Shown here piece by piece: positions 12,644 through 23,981 of a stretch of 64,000 nt of DNA. Position numbers and translations under genes: made by a program. Below the pieces are notes generated by a model that was not told where the DNA came from, did no database searches, and saw nothing but the letters and a program-made list of their open reading frames with translations. How positions within the stretch are numbered: the first letter of the stretch is position 1; each line of letters opens with the position of its first letter. The stretch comes from Fistulifera solaris (lineage: Eukaryota): NCBI GenBank assembly GCA_030295235.1, contig AP026132.1, positions 930,001 through 994,000 on the forward strand, given 5' to 3'.

Positions 12644-13606
12644 CTAATAAGAGCCCTCCATCATTGTCGGGTCATCCTCTTCAATACCACCCGTTGAAAC
12701 AGCAGCTAGCAACGCTGAGGGCCAGCATAAAAGCATACCAAGTATGCTCAAGTTTCGGAAAATCCCGGAGCACCGCCAAACTCCCATCAAACTTGCCAAA
12801 CCAAAGCCCCCAAAGAATGACACGAGTTGTCTTTTCCCCACAGGTTTGTGCGCCACCAGACGTTTCCATTCATCCGCCACGGGATCATTAGACCGCACAA
12901 AGACAAATCGTGAGCCTTTCGAACCTTTTCCAATTCTCACACGATTGTCGCAGAACGTGGTATCCAAAAAGACACTCGAGGTCGGTCCCAAAGACAGACT
13001 CAACAAGACTTTGTTCTGGCGTGTACAAAGGACGACACGCGGCGGATCAAAATCCGCGCGCACCGTTCGCGGCGACAAGCCTCCCGGTGTATTGCGGACT
13101 GCCGACAATCGATCACGATCCAGCGAGCTGAGACGAAAGGCATCGCCTCGCAGAATGACATAAATCCTCCAGAACAGAATTCTTACAATGATCATATTCA
13201 CCGCTTGAGCGACGGAGTTTTGTACTTTTTTCGGTATTAAGTGTTGCCATTGGCTTTCGAGTACGAAGGGTCCACGATTCCATTTTCCTCCCACGGGTCG
13301 CTCGTTGGGTAAATTGGGCAATGTGAAGGAGACATTGTAATTTCCCAACAGCGGTTTGAACAAAGATTCGTCGTCCTCCGCGTCAGATCTTGGAGAATTC
13401 AATGCACTGAGTTCCTCTATTGTTTGACGAATGGAAGTTTCGTCGCTATTGTGTTGCACCAATTCCAAGAGCTGATCGACTTTGTCGGTTACAGAAGAAA
13501 ACAAAGGCTTCACGTTCCTCCTCAGCGACGGACACGGCGATATCAGACTATTCGCACGAATCAGCAGAATTAGCGCTAGAAGCAAAGAATGTACGCTTCT
13601 CGCCAT
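12644..13606 (-). CDS. PAP/fibrillin-like protein, probably plastid-targeted, with C-terminal hydrophobic helices
   Basis: Signal peptide MARSVHSLLLALILLIRANS followed by a transit-like segment. Fibrillin-type end motif FLDTTFCDNRVRIGKGSKGSRFVFVR. Confidence 0.7.
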   Translation of the reverse strand: MARSVHSLLLALILLIRANSLISPCPSLRRNVKPLFSSVTDKVDQLLELVQHNSDETSIRQTIEELSALNSPRSDAEDDESLFKPLLGNYNVSFTLPNLPNERPVGGKWNRGPFVLESQWQHLIPKKVQNSVAQAVNMIIVRILFWRIYVILRGDAFRLSSLDRDRLSAVRNTPGGLSPRTVRADFDPPRVVLCTRQNKVLLSLSLGPTSSVFLDTTFCDNRVRIGKGSKGSRFVFVRSNDPVADEWKRLVAHKPVGKRQLVSFFGGFGLASLMGVWRCSGIFRNLSILGMLLCWPSALLAAVSTGGIEEDDPTMMEGSY

Positions 13607-13853
13607 TTTCTTTTCGAGGAACAGGTAATTAACTCTACCAATAAGTTGTGTTTCAATAAAATAAAATGATCAACGCCTTGATTTTTGGGCGTTTTGTCAT
13701 TGTTTATCGAAAGCGCGGCACCCACAAATATACGGAGCGACATTTACACGATCTGCGAATAATGTAATCTTTCGGTTGGTGATGCAGTATTACGTTTAAA
13801 GTAGTCTTGTGCTTTTGTTTTTCCCTTAACCTTATCCGCAAACGACGCTCGCG

Positions 13854-15115
13854 ATGCTCGATCGCGAGAAAGATAAGGTTGTCTTTGTTGCAAAGTAAGT
13901 TTCAAAACGAAAGCCACAGTTGATTAAAGCACTAACCATTTTCCTGAAGTCGTTCAACTGATGAATAATGAAGCAAATCAAGTTGATGGTGACGCCTCAA
14001 CCAGGGGCAAAACCCGAATACATTGACGACATTCGGTTAGTCGATGATAGCCCTGCTCTTCTCGCGATATGGCAAAACAATTTACCATCGGATCAAATCA
14101 CACTCGAAGCGTACTCTAAAGATTCTTGGGCATGGAAACCGGGGAGTGACTGGATAACTCTGACGGTTGAATCCGGCACCGGTCGTAATAAACTTCCAGG
14201 ATTTTGTGACTATTTGAAGCAACGACAAAAGTCGGCCTTTGCTCGGTTTCCTCCGACGGGCATTTTCGTGATTTCCTACATTCAACCGAAAAGTACACCC
14301 GATGCCTTTCGGATGCAATGCCGGGTCGCCATAGACCTGTCGAGAATACCCAATTGTAATTTGAAGCCGCTTACTGTACTTAAAGCAGCCATCAAGCCGC
14401 CATCGACGAGTGTGGGTCCACCTCGCAAAGGAGGAGGCTTATTAGCGAAACTAGTGGGAGCTCAGGAGAGAACCAATCATCATGTTGCCATGGCTTCGAC
14501 CAAAAGAAAGCTGATGCTGCCCCGGTCAACGCTGCTGTTGAAGGAGCATCGACAAAACCAAGTAGTGTTACGAAACGAACTGCGGCCGAAGTATTTTCCG
14601 CATTCCGACAAACGATGCAAGACAAGATGCTTGATTTTGATTTGGATGAAAGTGAAGAAGTGTTGCGTGTTCAAGTCTCACTGGCCGAACATGTCGCCGG
14701 CCTGTCGGACGAAGACAAAGGACGTGTGACGATGGAAGTTTTGAAATACATGGTGTACGAAGCTGCAGAAGAAGTGAATGAAGAATGGATTGCACATAAA
14801 GAGCCATCGGAATTTATGGATGAGGTGACTATCGCGATATACAAGGAAGGTGCCGCGCCCGATGATGTTTTAGAGGAAGTGAATAAAGGTGAACTTCCCG
14901 ATGAAGTACGAGGCCAGCAACGCGCCATTCAAGAAGAGCGCAATCGACAGGTGAACAAAGCCGAAAATCGAACTTCTCAACTCGTGGAAGCCGATGCTCA
15001 CCGTCAGTTAGACGATGGAGATGAGGAGGATCTCGCCGTTTTGAACACAGCCAAACGAGATCGACGGACAATCGAAGACTACGAAAGGGAGAAGAAGCGA
15101 TCACGAGGTTCGTGA
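13854..15115 (+). CDS. Hypothetical protein, possible SPOC-like N-terminal domain with acidic C-terminal domain
   Basis: ORFs 13968..14729 and 14615..15115 join via a -1 indel at 14502-14505. Probable first exon 13854..13894 with intron 13895..13949 (GTAAGT, CTAAC branch), which needs one further indel near 13964. FCDYLKQRQKSAF resembles the SPOC terminal helix (weak). Confidence 0.6.
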
Positions 15116-15174
15116 TAACTATAGTTTACTTCTCACAATAACATCAGAACTAAAAGTGCTATCTGCTAATATTT

Positions 15175-15939
15175 TCAACTACCTTTCGTGATTTCATTCC
15201 GCAATACTTCGGCTTGTTCGGGATCTCCGACGGCAATTGCATACTCTTGGCAACAGTCAATAAAGATGTCTAGTTTCCCCACAGCTCCCTGTCCCAGCTG
15301 AAACACAACGTTGTCCAAGCACTCTTGCATGGCTGATAAATTTTCAGAAATCCCGTTTGAATCGTTATGTGACCCGTCGTTGTGTTGTAAACCCAGCTTA
15401 CAAGCCAATGCGGCCCACGTAGGACTCTGGAATAGCCAAACTGGTGGGGATAAAGGTGAAGACACGAAAGTCTCCTCCTGTTCTGGCACTCGGCATGGGA
15501 AAACGCCTCTCAATAAGCTGTCGCGTCCCTCTTGAACATTGCGATACATCCCTACCTGCAATGACTCAGTGTGTTCGACACACCAGCTTTCCAGCAACAG
15601 CCACGCCAGCGCAGGAATAGCTTCCTGGATGCTTTTGGCAATGATCGACAGAGGACCCAATTGATTTTTTCCCGGAACCATCAAATGAACATGGTAACTC
15701 GAACGAAGTGTCTTTTGACACTTTTCCATTGCTTCACGACCACCGAAATAACGATGCTGTCGTCCCAAAGGTTCAGTAAATTGATAATCCTGGACTAAAA
15801 GTTCGATCAAGCACGTGCATTCTTTCAAAGGCGGCGGCGCGGCATCCGGGTGTCGCCGTTTTGGAGGAGGACGATACGGTCGGCCGCCATGACTGCGTCT
15901 TCCCACTCCAGCGCGTGCGGAAGAGCCATAACTGTACAT
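15175..15939 (-). CDS. Hypothetical protein with basic N-terminus (possible NLS)
   Basis: ORF of about 254 aa from ATG 15939. RPPPKRR motif. Converges tail-to-tail with the previous gene, about 60 bp apart. Confidence 0.6.
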   Translation of the reverse strand: MYSYGSSARAGVGRRSHGGRPYRPPPKRRHPDAAPPPLKECTCLIELLVQDYQFTEPLGRQHRYFGGREAMEKCQKTLRSSYHVHLMVPGKNQLGPLSIIAKSIQEAIPALAWLLLESWCVEHTESLQVGMYRNVQEGRDSLLRGVFPCRVPEQEETFVSSPLSPPVWLFQSPTWAALACKLGLQHNDGSHNDSNGISENLSAMQECLDNVVFQLGQGAVGKLDIFIDCCQEYAIAVGDPEQAEVLRNEITKGS

Positions 15940-16091
15940 GTTAGAGTTGCTTTTTTCCAATTGAATTTATGAAATGAATCTAGTTGCATCGACGAGAAAA
16001 CAAGTGCCAAACCCAGCGTCAAAAATCTAAAGGCGTCGAGTGTCATCGCACGTCCCCAGAAAATCTGGAGGATTTTTGCTACACATCTACA

Positions 16092-16200
16092 CATGACTGA
16101 AATGCAATCGTGGTCTCCTGAAACCATCACTTTGGGTCTATAGTAAAAACGGAAGACAACGCTTCGCAAGACTTTTCCACGTAAAATACAATGACGGTTG
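16092..16200 (+). repeat. Dispersed repeat copy (tripartite motif plus ~50 bp tail)
   Basis: GACTGAAATGCAATCGTGGTCTCCTGAAACCATCACTTTGGGTCTATAGTAAAA..AGACAACG..GACTTTTC..ACAATGA aligns with 51316-51417. Confidence 0.85.
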
Positions 16201-16284
16201 ACAACCGCTTCCGCTTGCGGGAAGGGCAACAGCGAAAAAATGCTCCCCGCAGGGGCTAGCCTACCACAGGTGGCATGCTACAAT

Positions 16285-16820
16285 AATAGATCTTAAGCTA
16301 GTCATGATCTCACCTTAATATTTCGCGTAATTGCGACCTTTATGTTTTTACTATGATCCAAACAGTTGGTTGTACCAATTCACGACTGGATTGCTGTCAT
16401 GAGACTGCATCGATCCTATTGTACATGCAGCCTACAGCGCGAAGTGTGTGTTTTTTTCGCGTTTGATTATAGTCTCATTACTATAATGGATCCAAAGCTA
16501 ATCATGCTCTCACTTTAGAATTTCGCGCAATTGCGATTTCAGCCGGCAATGTCTTCGGGTCCTGATCTTCATGTTTTTACTATTATCCAAACAGTTGGTT
16601 CTACCAATCCACGACTGGATTGCTGTCCTGAGAAAAAAATCTTTTGTACATGCAGCCTGCAGCGCGAATCCTGTGTCTTTTTCGCGTTTGATTATAGTCT
16701 CATTACTTTAACAGATTCAAAGCTAATCATGCTCTCTCACCTTAGAATTTCGCGCACTTGCGATTTCAGCCGGCAATATCTTCGGGTCCTGACCTTCATG
16801 TTTTTACTATGATCCAATAA
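16285..16820. repeat. Short tandem array, about 2.5 copies of a 200-225 bp unit
   Basis: AAGCTA(A/G)TCATG(C/A)TCTC recurs at about 16295, 16495 and 16720. TTTTTACTAT.ATCCAA recurs at about 16345, 16574 and 16801. Confidence 0.9.
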
Positions 16821-17175
16821 GTAGGTTACCATTTCATGATGATGATTCTTCATCATTGATGACTTTTAGTTTTTAGTCGTTACTACCAGGTATCCAAAAA
16901 CTTTAGAAGCAACGGCACCACTAGCGCTGAATAATTCCACAATGGTTATAACTACAACATAATAATCTCATTTCTTAGTGTTTTAAAGTTGTCAAAAGGC
17001 TCGATCTTCGAAAAGTAGCAGACTTGTACCGAAAAAAGCCCACAGTATCTCTCACTATCGGATCGGTATTCGACTTGTTGCCCTCATTATATTTTTGAAA
17101 ACAGACGGAAATTCTAGAATGTTTCTAAGTAGCAAAAAATGGTCTGCCACTGTCCTTGTTCGAACTTGATAAAGA

Positions 17176-18511
17176 ATGAGCTATGAAGAAGTGGAGGATG
17201 TCGAAAAGGCGCTCCAGTGGACGCCGGACGATACGGTCATGGATGTTGCACGACGGCGTTACCCCGTCGTTGACTCGGATATCGAAGCATTGTTTCTCGG
17301 ACGACTCGATGATACTATTGATCACTTTCGCTTGGAAATCAGGCTTCCTCGAGTACACGTTGGCAAGCTGGCTCAAAGCAGTGATACTCGGACCCGTTGG
17401 GCGGATGTTGTGAATTCGATAAAGCTGCCGACTTGTGCACTGGTCGTCACAGTGTCGACCGCAATTCTTTCCATTTTGAGTCATCATCCGCTCGGGAAGG
17501 TCCTTCTACCGTACTTTTCATGTATTGTGACATTTCTGTCGTCTATTCCTTCTATTCGAAAACGATTGCTGACAAAATCGTCCTGGTTGCTAGCACAATT
17601 CGACTCGGTGCAAACTCAGGTCGAAACCGCCATGGATGAAATCGCTTCCCGAGGATTCCAAATTTTGCACACGACCGAATCAACCATGAATCAAGCTCTG
17701 GCTCCCATCAACGTCAAACTGGCAGCCATCACACGTGTCGAATCCATGTTGAAAACAATCAAACCGGATATCGATATTCCAGGTAAAGCTTGCGAGTTTG
17801 CCACGAAGTAATTTGTACGACTCCGACTCATCCAATTTCTCTCGTGTAGATCCATCCGACGTCAAACGATCATTTGAAGGATTGAAAGAAAAGTTGCAAA
17901 ACGGCTTCTCTAATGCGCGGGAGTTAATCCATGTTCGTCGGAGTTTGCCATCTCCCTTCCAGTCTCCGGAAAACTTTGAATGGTACATTGTGATTCCGTA
18001 TTTAGTGGCAATGCTGGCGGTCCAACTTGTCTTAGCTTACATGTCTCAGAAAAAAGCAGACCCTCTTGAAGAAACCAACATGAACCCAGCCGAGGTAGAC
18101 AAGGAATGGTATTTACTGTGGACTGCTGTTCAAACCTATATCACGGCCGTCGGCCAAATTCTTCTGGCCTTTTTGTTGACACAGTTGCATAGTTTGGTTT
18201 TCTTTTTGAATCAAGAGATTGGCGTATTTGAAGGCAACATTAATCAAGAGCTCCGAAGAACGGTGGGTGGTGTGTTCGAGGACATCTTTCGCCGCGGCTT
18301 CCAACTAGTCAAGGCGAAATTTCTAGATCTGTTGGAGAAAGTGAATCAGCTAGAAGCGCCCATCGAAAAACTGAAAGCAAAGTTTCCGGATGTGCTGGAG
18401 AACCCCGAGTTTTCCGAACTTGCTAGCTTGGTCAAGGATAATTTGGCGGGGAAAGTGCAAAAGAAACGAGAAAACATTCTTACTCATTTGAGCAAAATTT
18501 TTGGTGATTAA
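17176..18511 (+). CDS. Multi-pass membrane protein of unknown function
   Basis: ORFs 17176..17811 and 17798..18511 join in frame via a GT-AG intron at 17783..17849 (DIP/DPSD). About four hydrophobic helices separated by amphipathic helical regions. Confidence 0.75.
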
Positions 18512-19197
18512 TAGATCTATAGAACGTACAATACAAAGAATAAAGCTATTGCTTGTACTTAGAGACCTTCGGTTACGACTGATGGATGCTGGAGGAATAA
18601 AAGCAACGAAACAAGGCCTCTACTAGCCTTCCTAACCTTAGCTAACTTGGATTTCGGTCACTGCACTTGCAAACGAAGAAGCGGATCACGGATCGACACT
18701 CATCAAAAATTCCAAAGATCTTTGTTGCAAACCACGGCATTTCACGAGAATACACATTTCACTTTTTTTTGATACAGTAACACAATAAGACATAAGTATA
18801 TACAGAAAAGGATACTGTAGACGTTCAGTGCGACATTTACACTTCAACCAAACCAGACAAAAGAACATGGCGAGCCGAATTCTGCGGTGCACTTGCATGA
18901 AACGGGAAAAGTTCCGGAAAAATAGTTGCCGCCGAGGAGAGATGCGAATACGATTCCTGTCCGCGTTTCTACGCGGTACTCAGTACATTTCTACGTAGCG
19001 GGTACGGTGAAACGTGGTCGGTTTCCACTCTCCCCTCCAAGAAAAAAAACCGTCTCGGACTTGCAAAAATTTCGACAGGTTTTCATCATCACGAAACGTC
19101 GAAAGATCGGTGGCACAATTTATTTTTGCAAAGAGAAACTCTCATTAGTCGGATAGTATTGTTTGTAACCGGGTTTTCTTTATCTGCCTAATCTGCT

Positions 19198-20189
19198 ATG
19201 CTTCGAAATGTCATCCTCAAGGCTCCTCTTAATTTGGTGGGCCTGCAATCTTCACTACTCCTCCATTCGGGTGCATCGGTGAATGTGGCCTCGGCCTTGC
19301 AACGAGCATGCTACTCGACATCTCCCAACGGTAACGCAACTCCACGTTCGTCATGGGTAGGCAAAGGAGATCGCAAACGCGGTGTATGCAATTCTCGGCC
19401 GGCACGGCGGCATGTTGTGAATGGCCGACACATTCCCCTTCATGTCAATGATTTGCACAAGTCGAACGAAGGCGGTCGCTCGTACGAGAAGAAGAAGAAG
19501 TACGATTCGGATTTGATCGTCGTACTAGATATGGACGAATGTCTCATTCATGCGCAGTTTTTATCATCCCTGCTCACGCTCGAGTATATGCACACCAACT
19601 ACAACAACAACGTCGACAGCAATCGCGGACAAATTCTACAGTGTCTTGTCCGGGTGCCGTGGATTCATTCCGCGTCACACTTCCGGATGGTGATTTAGTG
19701 CATGTCAACGTGCGACCGGGTCTCTTTGAATTTCTCGAGGCCGTCACGGATCGCTACGAAACGCACATTTTTACCGCCGCACTTCCCATTTACGCCGATC
19801 GCGTCATCGATCGGCTCGATCCGGATGGTACACGTATCACCGGTCGGTGGTTCCGCGACTCATGCACCTACGATCCCCTGGCGGGACGTGGCGGCGGAGG
19901 CGGGGCCTACGTTAAGAATTTGGAAAAGTTACCCTTTGATGACTTGTCGAGAGTCGTTTTGGTGGACAACAACCCGCTATCTTTTCTTTCCCATCCCGAA
20001 AATGGTATTTTGGTGAACAGTTTTTATACCGACCCGAAGGACGACGCTCTTCCGCAAGTTCTTGATCTCTTGAATGAGATTGACGAATATCCGGATGTCC
20101 GACCAATTTTAGCACCGCGCTTCGGACTCGAGGAGAGCTTACAACAATATTTGTCATCGGAAAAGAGTCGAGCATTTAAGTGTGCTTGA
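19198..20189 (+). CDS. FCP1/SCP (NIF) HAD-family phosphatase-like protein
   Basis: VVLDMDECLIH (motif I), VRPGLFEFL, IFTAALPIYAD, FRDSC, YVKNL, VVLVDNNP. -1 indel at 19568-19570. Confidence 0.88.
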
Positions 20190-20457
20190 GGTGCTGTGAC
20201 AGTATTGATGTTGTATCCTTTTATTACCGATCCTTGCTTTCTAATCACTCGCTCTTCAAACTTCAAACCGCTTACATAATTCAAGTTTTTCATCAAACTA
20301 TTGCGATTGTAGATAATATCCATGCCGTGCATCGAACGCAGTGCCATGCGGCCAACAGCCAGCATCCATTCGTTGCCATTGGGTTTTACTGCGAATGATG
20401 AAAAACCTAGATCTGGTTTTTACGAAGATTATTTTTGTGGAATCTCGTTGTAACAAA

Positions 20458-20515
20458 TCACTATAGGCCAAAGTGTGTCTGTTTTCACCACGACTGCATT
20501 TCAGTCATGAATCAT
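20458..20515 (-). repeat. Solo copy of the tripartite dispersed motif
   Basis: Reverse complement reads TTCATGACTGAAATGCAGTCGTGG..CACTTTGGCCTATAGTGA, matching 16092-16148 and 51305-51370. Confidence 0.8.
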
Positions 20516-20958
20516 AATTTTCCAAGCTCGACATTTATTCAACCTCCTCTCGTCTTGCAAGACTGATAACATGTACAGGTCTTTAACATGATGCAATTAT
20601 TATCAGCAGTTGCGATTCACGTCTTGCTCACAGCAAGAGGGAATGTGAGAACATTGTTGACGTTTTCGGGACTGGCTCTATTTGGTTCACGCGAAAAGTC
20701 GCACTGTGTGCCGTCAAGACTACATTCCACTCCACAGTAACTGGTTGTCGAGTTCGTACCACTGACAGACGATGACGTCTTGCGTCTTTCCGTCTTTATT
20801 CCTTCCATCATTCGTTTTTTTGTTTGCGCGTTTTTTTTTCTCGAAACCTCTTGGTCGCGAGATGGGGCTGGAACGAAGAACGTGCCATTTCATTCGTTGG
20901 GCGTAAGGTTCAAAGGTGAGGAGAAGAATCGAAAGACACCCACCACACACATAACAAA

Positions 20959-21855
20959 ATGTCGGAATTATTGAAAGAAGCGGCCAAGATCATCGCTGAA
21001 CCACAGCAGCAGGAGGAAGATCTGACAATCGTGTCAGATTCGTTCGTCCCTTCGGACCCGGACATGCCGTGTCGACGATCGGAAGGACAAGTTTGCATTT
21101 GTGATGCATGCGAAGCGACTCGAATGCGGATCTTGCATCGCATGAACAAAAAGAAAAGAGCAAAGGCAGACGTGAAAGATGAGACATCTCTCGCGGTAGC
21201 CCCCGAGCCTGTCGTGCCGAGCGAATCTCGTCTGGCAAAGAAACGAAAGGAACCCGACGAAGAGAAGGACGATGAAGCAACACGTCTGCTTAAGATGACA
21301 GATGCCTGTAGAACAATACTACGATGCATCGGAGAGGATGAAACTAGAGAAGGTCTCTTGAAGACTCCTCAACGATGGGCCAAGGCATTAATGTGTATGT
21401 GTTCCGGATACGGCATGGAGGCACAGGACGTCACAAATAACGCTGTATTCTCCGAAAATCACGACGAAATGGTGGTTGTTCGTGATATTGATATACACTC
21501 GTTGTGTGAGCACCACATGTTGCCATTCACAGGGCGTGTGTCCATTGGTTACATTCCGAACGGGAAAATATTGGGGCTCAGTAAACTAGCTCGTATCGCG
21601 GAGTTGTACGCCCGCCGATTGCAAGTTCAGGAACGCTTGACTCGCCAGATTGCGGATGCCATTGTAGAAACGGTAGAGCCCCTGGGAGTGGCGGTTGTCG
21701 TAGAATGCACACATTTCTGCATGGTCATGCGGGGTGTGCAAAAAGTCGGAGCCGTCACCACCACATCGTCGGTCCGAGGTTGCTTCGAAAACAACGCCAA
21801 GACACGCGCCGAATTCTTTAGTATTATACAAGGGAATCGCATGAAAATGTGCTGA
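20959..21855 (+). CDS. GCH1: GTP cyclohydrolase I
   Basis: [42 protein letters not shown] and HFCMVMRGV are FolE/GCH1 signatures. Intact ORF. Confidence 0.98.
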   Translation: MSELLKEAAKIIAEPQQQEEDLTIVSDSFVPSDPDMPCRRSEGQVCICDACEATRMRILHRMNKKKRAKADVKDETSLAVAPEPVVPSESRLAKKRKEPDEEKDDEATRLLKMTDACRTILRCIGEDETREGLLKTPQRWAKALMCMCSGYGMEAQDVTNNAVFSENHDEMVVVRDIDIHSLCEHHMLPFTGRVSIGYIPNGKILGLSKLARIAELYARRLQVQERLTRQIADAIVETVEPLGVAVVVECTHFCMVMRGVQKVGAVTTTSSVRGCFENNAKTRAEFFSIIQGNRMKMC

Positions 21856-22212
21856 GTGGCATGTTTCGACTTGGCGGTGTGTTTCATGGGAAAACACACC
21901 TTTCAAATAAAAAGTAAAGTAACAACAACATAAAGTTGCATATTATTTCTTTATTTAGCATGGGGTAATTGTAATCACAATGATAGCGAGCGGCTATGTA
22001 GGCTATCGAGAAGAGGAGTTATATTTTGTGCGTCGAAATCAGCCATTTGAGCGCCATTTCAATGTTCCATCACCTTCAGATGAACAGATCAGGTAGGATG
22101 CTTACTATGCTTTGTGCAACGTAGGACGACAATAAAATTGCTATTTATAAAGACTGCTTTTTGTAGTGACTAACATGAAACATTTATGTTGAGTGCATGA
22201 AAAGCTAGCAAT

Positions 22213-23490
22213 TTAGTCAGTTCCCATAAGCGTTTCTTCGATTTCCAAAAATCGTTCGTCTTGCTCGGGATCTCGACCGCGGGCCCAGCCTTCATTGGTT
22301 AGTTTATTTGTTACTTCTGAAGAGCAAAAAGTGTGAGATAACTGAAATTCGATGACGGATTGATTTGATGGTTTGATACGCACTTCGCTTCAACGGCTTT
22401 AGGTGCAATGGATCTTCGCGTTCTAGTTTCCGCACTTGCTCTTTCATCGGTTCTGTGACATGTTCCTTGACCGGTTCAATGATGTTCTTCTTGACGGGAT
22501 CTGTGATATGCTCCTGAATAGGATCTTTGCGACCCAATCCGAAAGGGTGTTTGAAGAATCTGACCACAGACGACTCTCGTTTTAATGGAGAAGTTTGGTA
22601 ATTCGTCGCATCTTAGATGTCAGAAATAAATCGTGAGCTAAACGAATGACATAATTTTTTGGAACGGAACTGTAGATACTCACAATCATGACGATTCAAA
22701 GGATCAGCATTCAGCGGGTCCTCGTGTTCGAGCTTTCTCAAATCATCGTCGGTGGGGTGTTCCAAACTTCTTTTGACAGGATTAATAATATTTCGTTTGA
22801 CTGGATCAGTTACGTGCTCTTTAACAAGATCATCGCGACCAAACCCATATGGCACTTTAGAAGACCTAGCTGAGGCTTCCTCTTCCACGGGGGTCATTCC
22901 GTATTGAGCAGAGTCTTTTTTTAACGAATACAAGATTGCAATGTAAGTACGGCGATAAAACGAGCATTTTTCAATCAACCGAGGATTCTTACTTCGGTTC
23001 ACTGATTTGAGATGCAGTGGATCCTCCTTCTCGAGCTTTTTGATCCCCTTCTTTACGGGTTCTTTGATATGTTTTCTGAAAGGTTCCTGGATATGCTCTT
23101 TGACGGGATCTTTGTAACCCAAGCCGAAAGGATGTTTCATGAACTTCATCAAGGCGGACTCTTCCGTCGGTAAAGTTCCTTCTCGAGCACGGCCTTCGAA
23201 AGGGAAAACGAGCAAGGGGTTAGCTCATGACCATCATTTATTGGCAATTGAGAGATTCGAATATTCGTATAAATTCACTCACTTCGGTTCAGCGTTTGGA
23301 GGTACAAAGGATCATTTCTCCCGGAATATGGTTGGCGTTTCTGTACGTCCACGTTTGCGGGGTTATGAATGCCTAAACCGAAAGGGTGTTTCAAGAATCT
23401 CATAAGGGGCGACTCTTGAATTGGCAGCGAGGCTTCTGGCCGCGCAGAAGCTCCGACAGCAAGCAATGGTAATAGATGAATCACACGCAT
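22213..23490 (-). CDS. Secreted four-module repeat protein, 5 exons, about 314 aa
   Basis: Exons 23490-23283, 23193-22993, 22914-22684, 22611-22384 and 22289-22213 joined by four phase-1 GT-AG introns give one open frame. Signal peptide MRVIHLLPLLAVGASA. Repeated KHPFGLG..DP and EDPL motifs. Confidence 0.8.
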
Positions 23491-23981
23491 CTTTTTTGAA
23501 TTGTAAGCTTGTGAATTATTTCTTCTCGTCGATTAATTCTTGTCGTTGCACGTTTTATTCCGCAATTTTATGATCACAAGAGGCACTTTGCACTGAAAGC
23601 TCTTTCCTCTTAGGCCTTCGAATGGGAACACCAATCATGGTCACCTGTTCTCAATTGCCTTCGCGAAAAGATACGCGAGTCCGGATGCGAACGCCAAGTT
23701 CAAATCGAAATCTAAATTAAGTGCAACAAAACGGCCATTAAGACTTTCGATATGAATGCCAATGAGTTCTTTCGTAGGAAATTGGGATTTTGATCCCTTC
23801 GACGCTTTAAAGTCTGATCCTTCGAGCTTCGAGCTTTTGGTTCGCCAATTCATTTTTTTTGATAGTGCTGATACAAGTTCAAATTACGCCGAAACAATCA
23901 CTTTGATCAGACACAGGAAGAAACAGAAATGCACAGCCGTTTTCGTTGCCAAATGTTGTGTCTTTTTATTTGAATTTCCTT

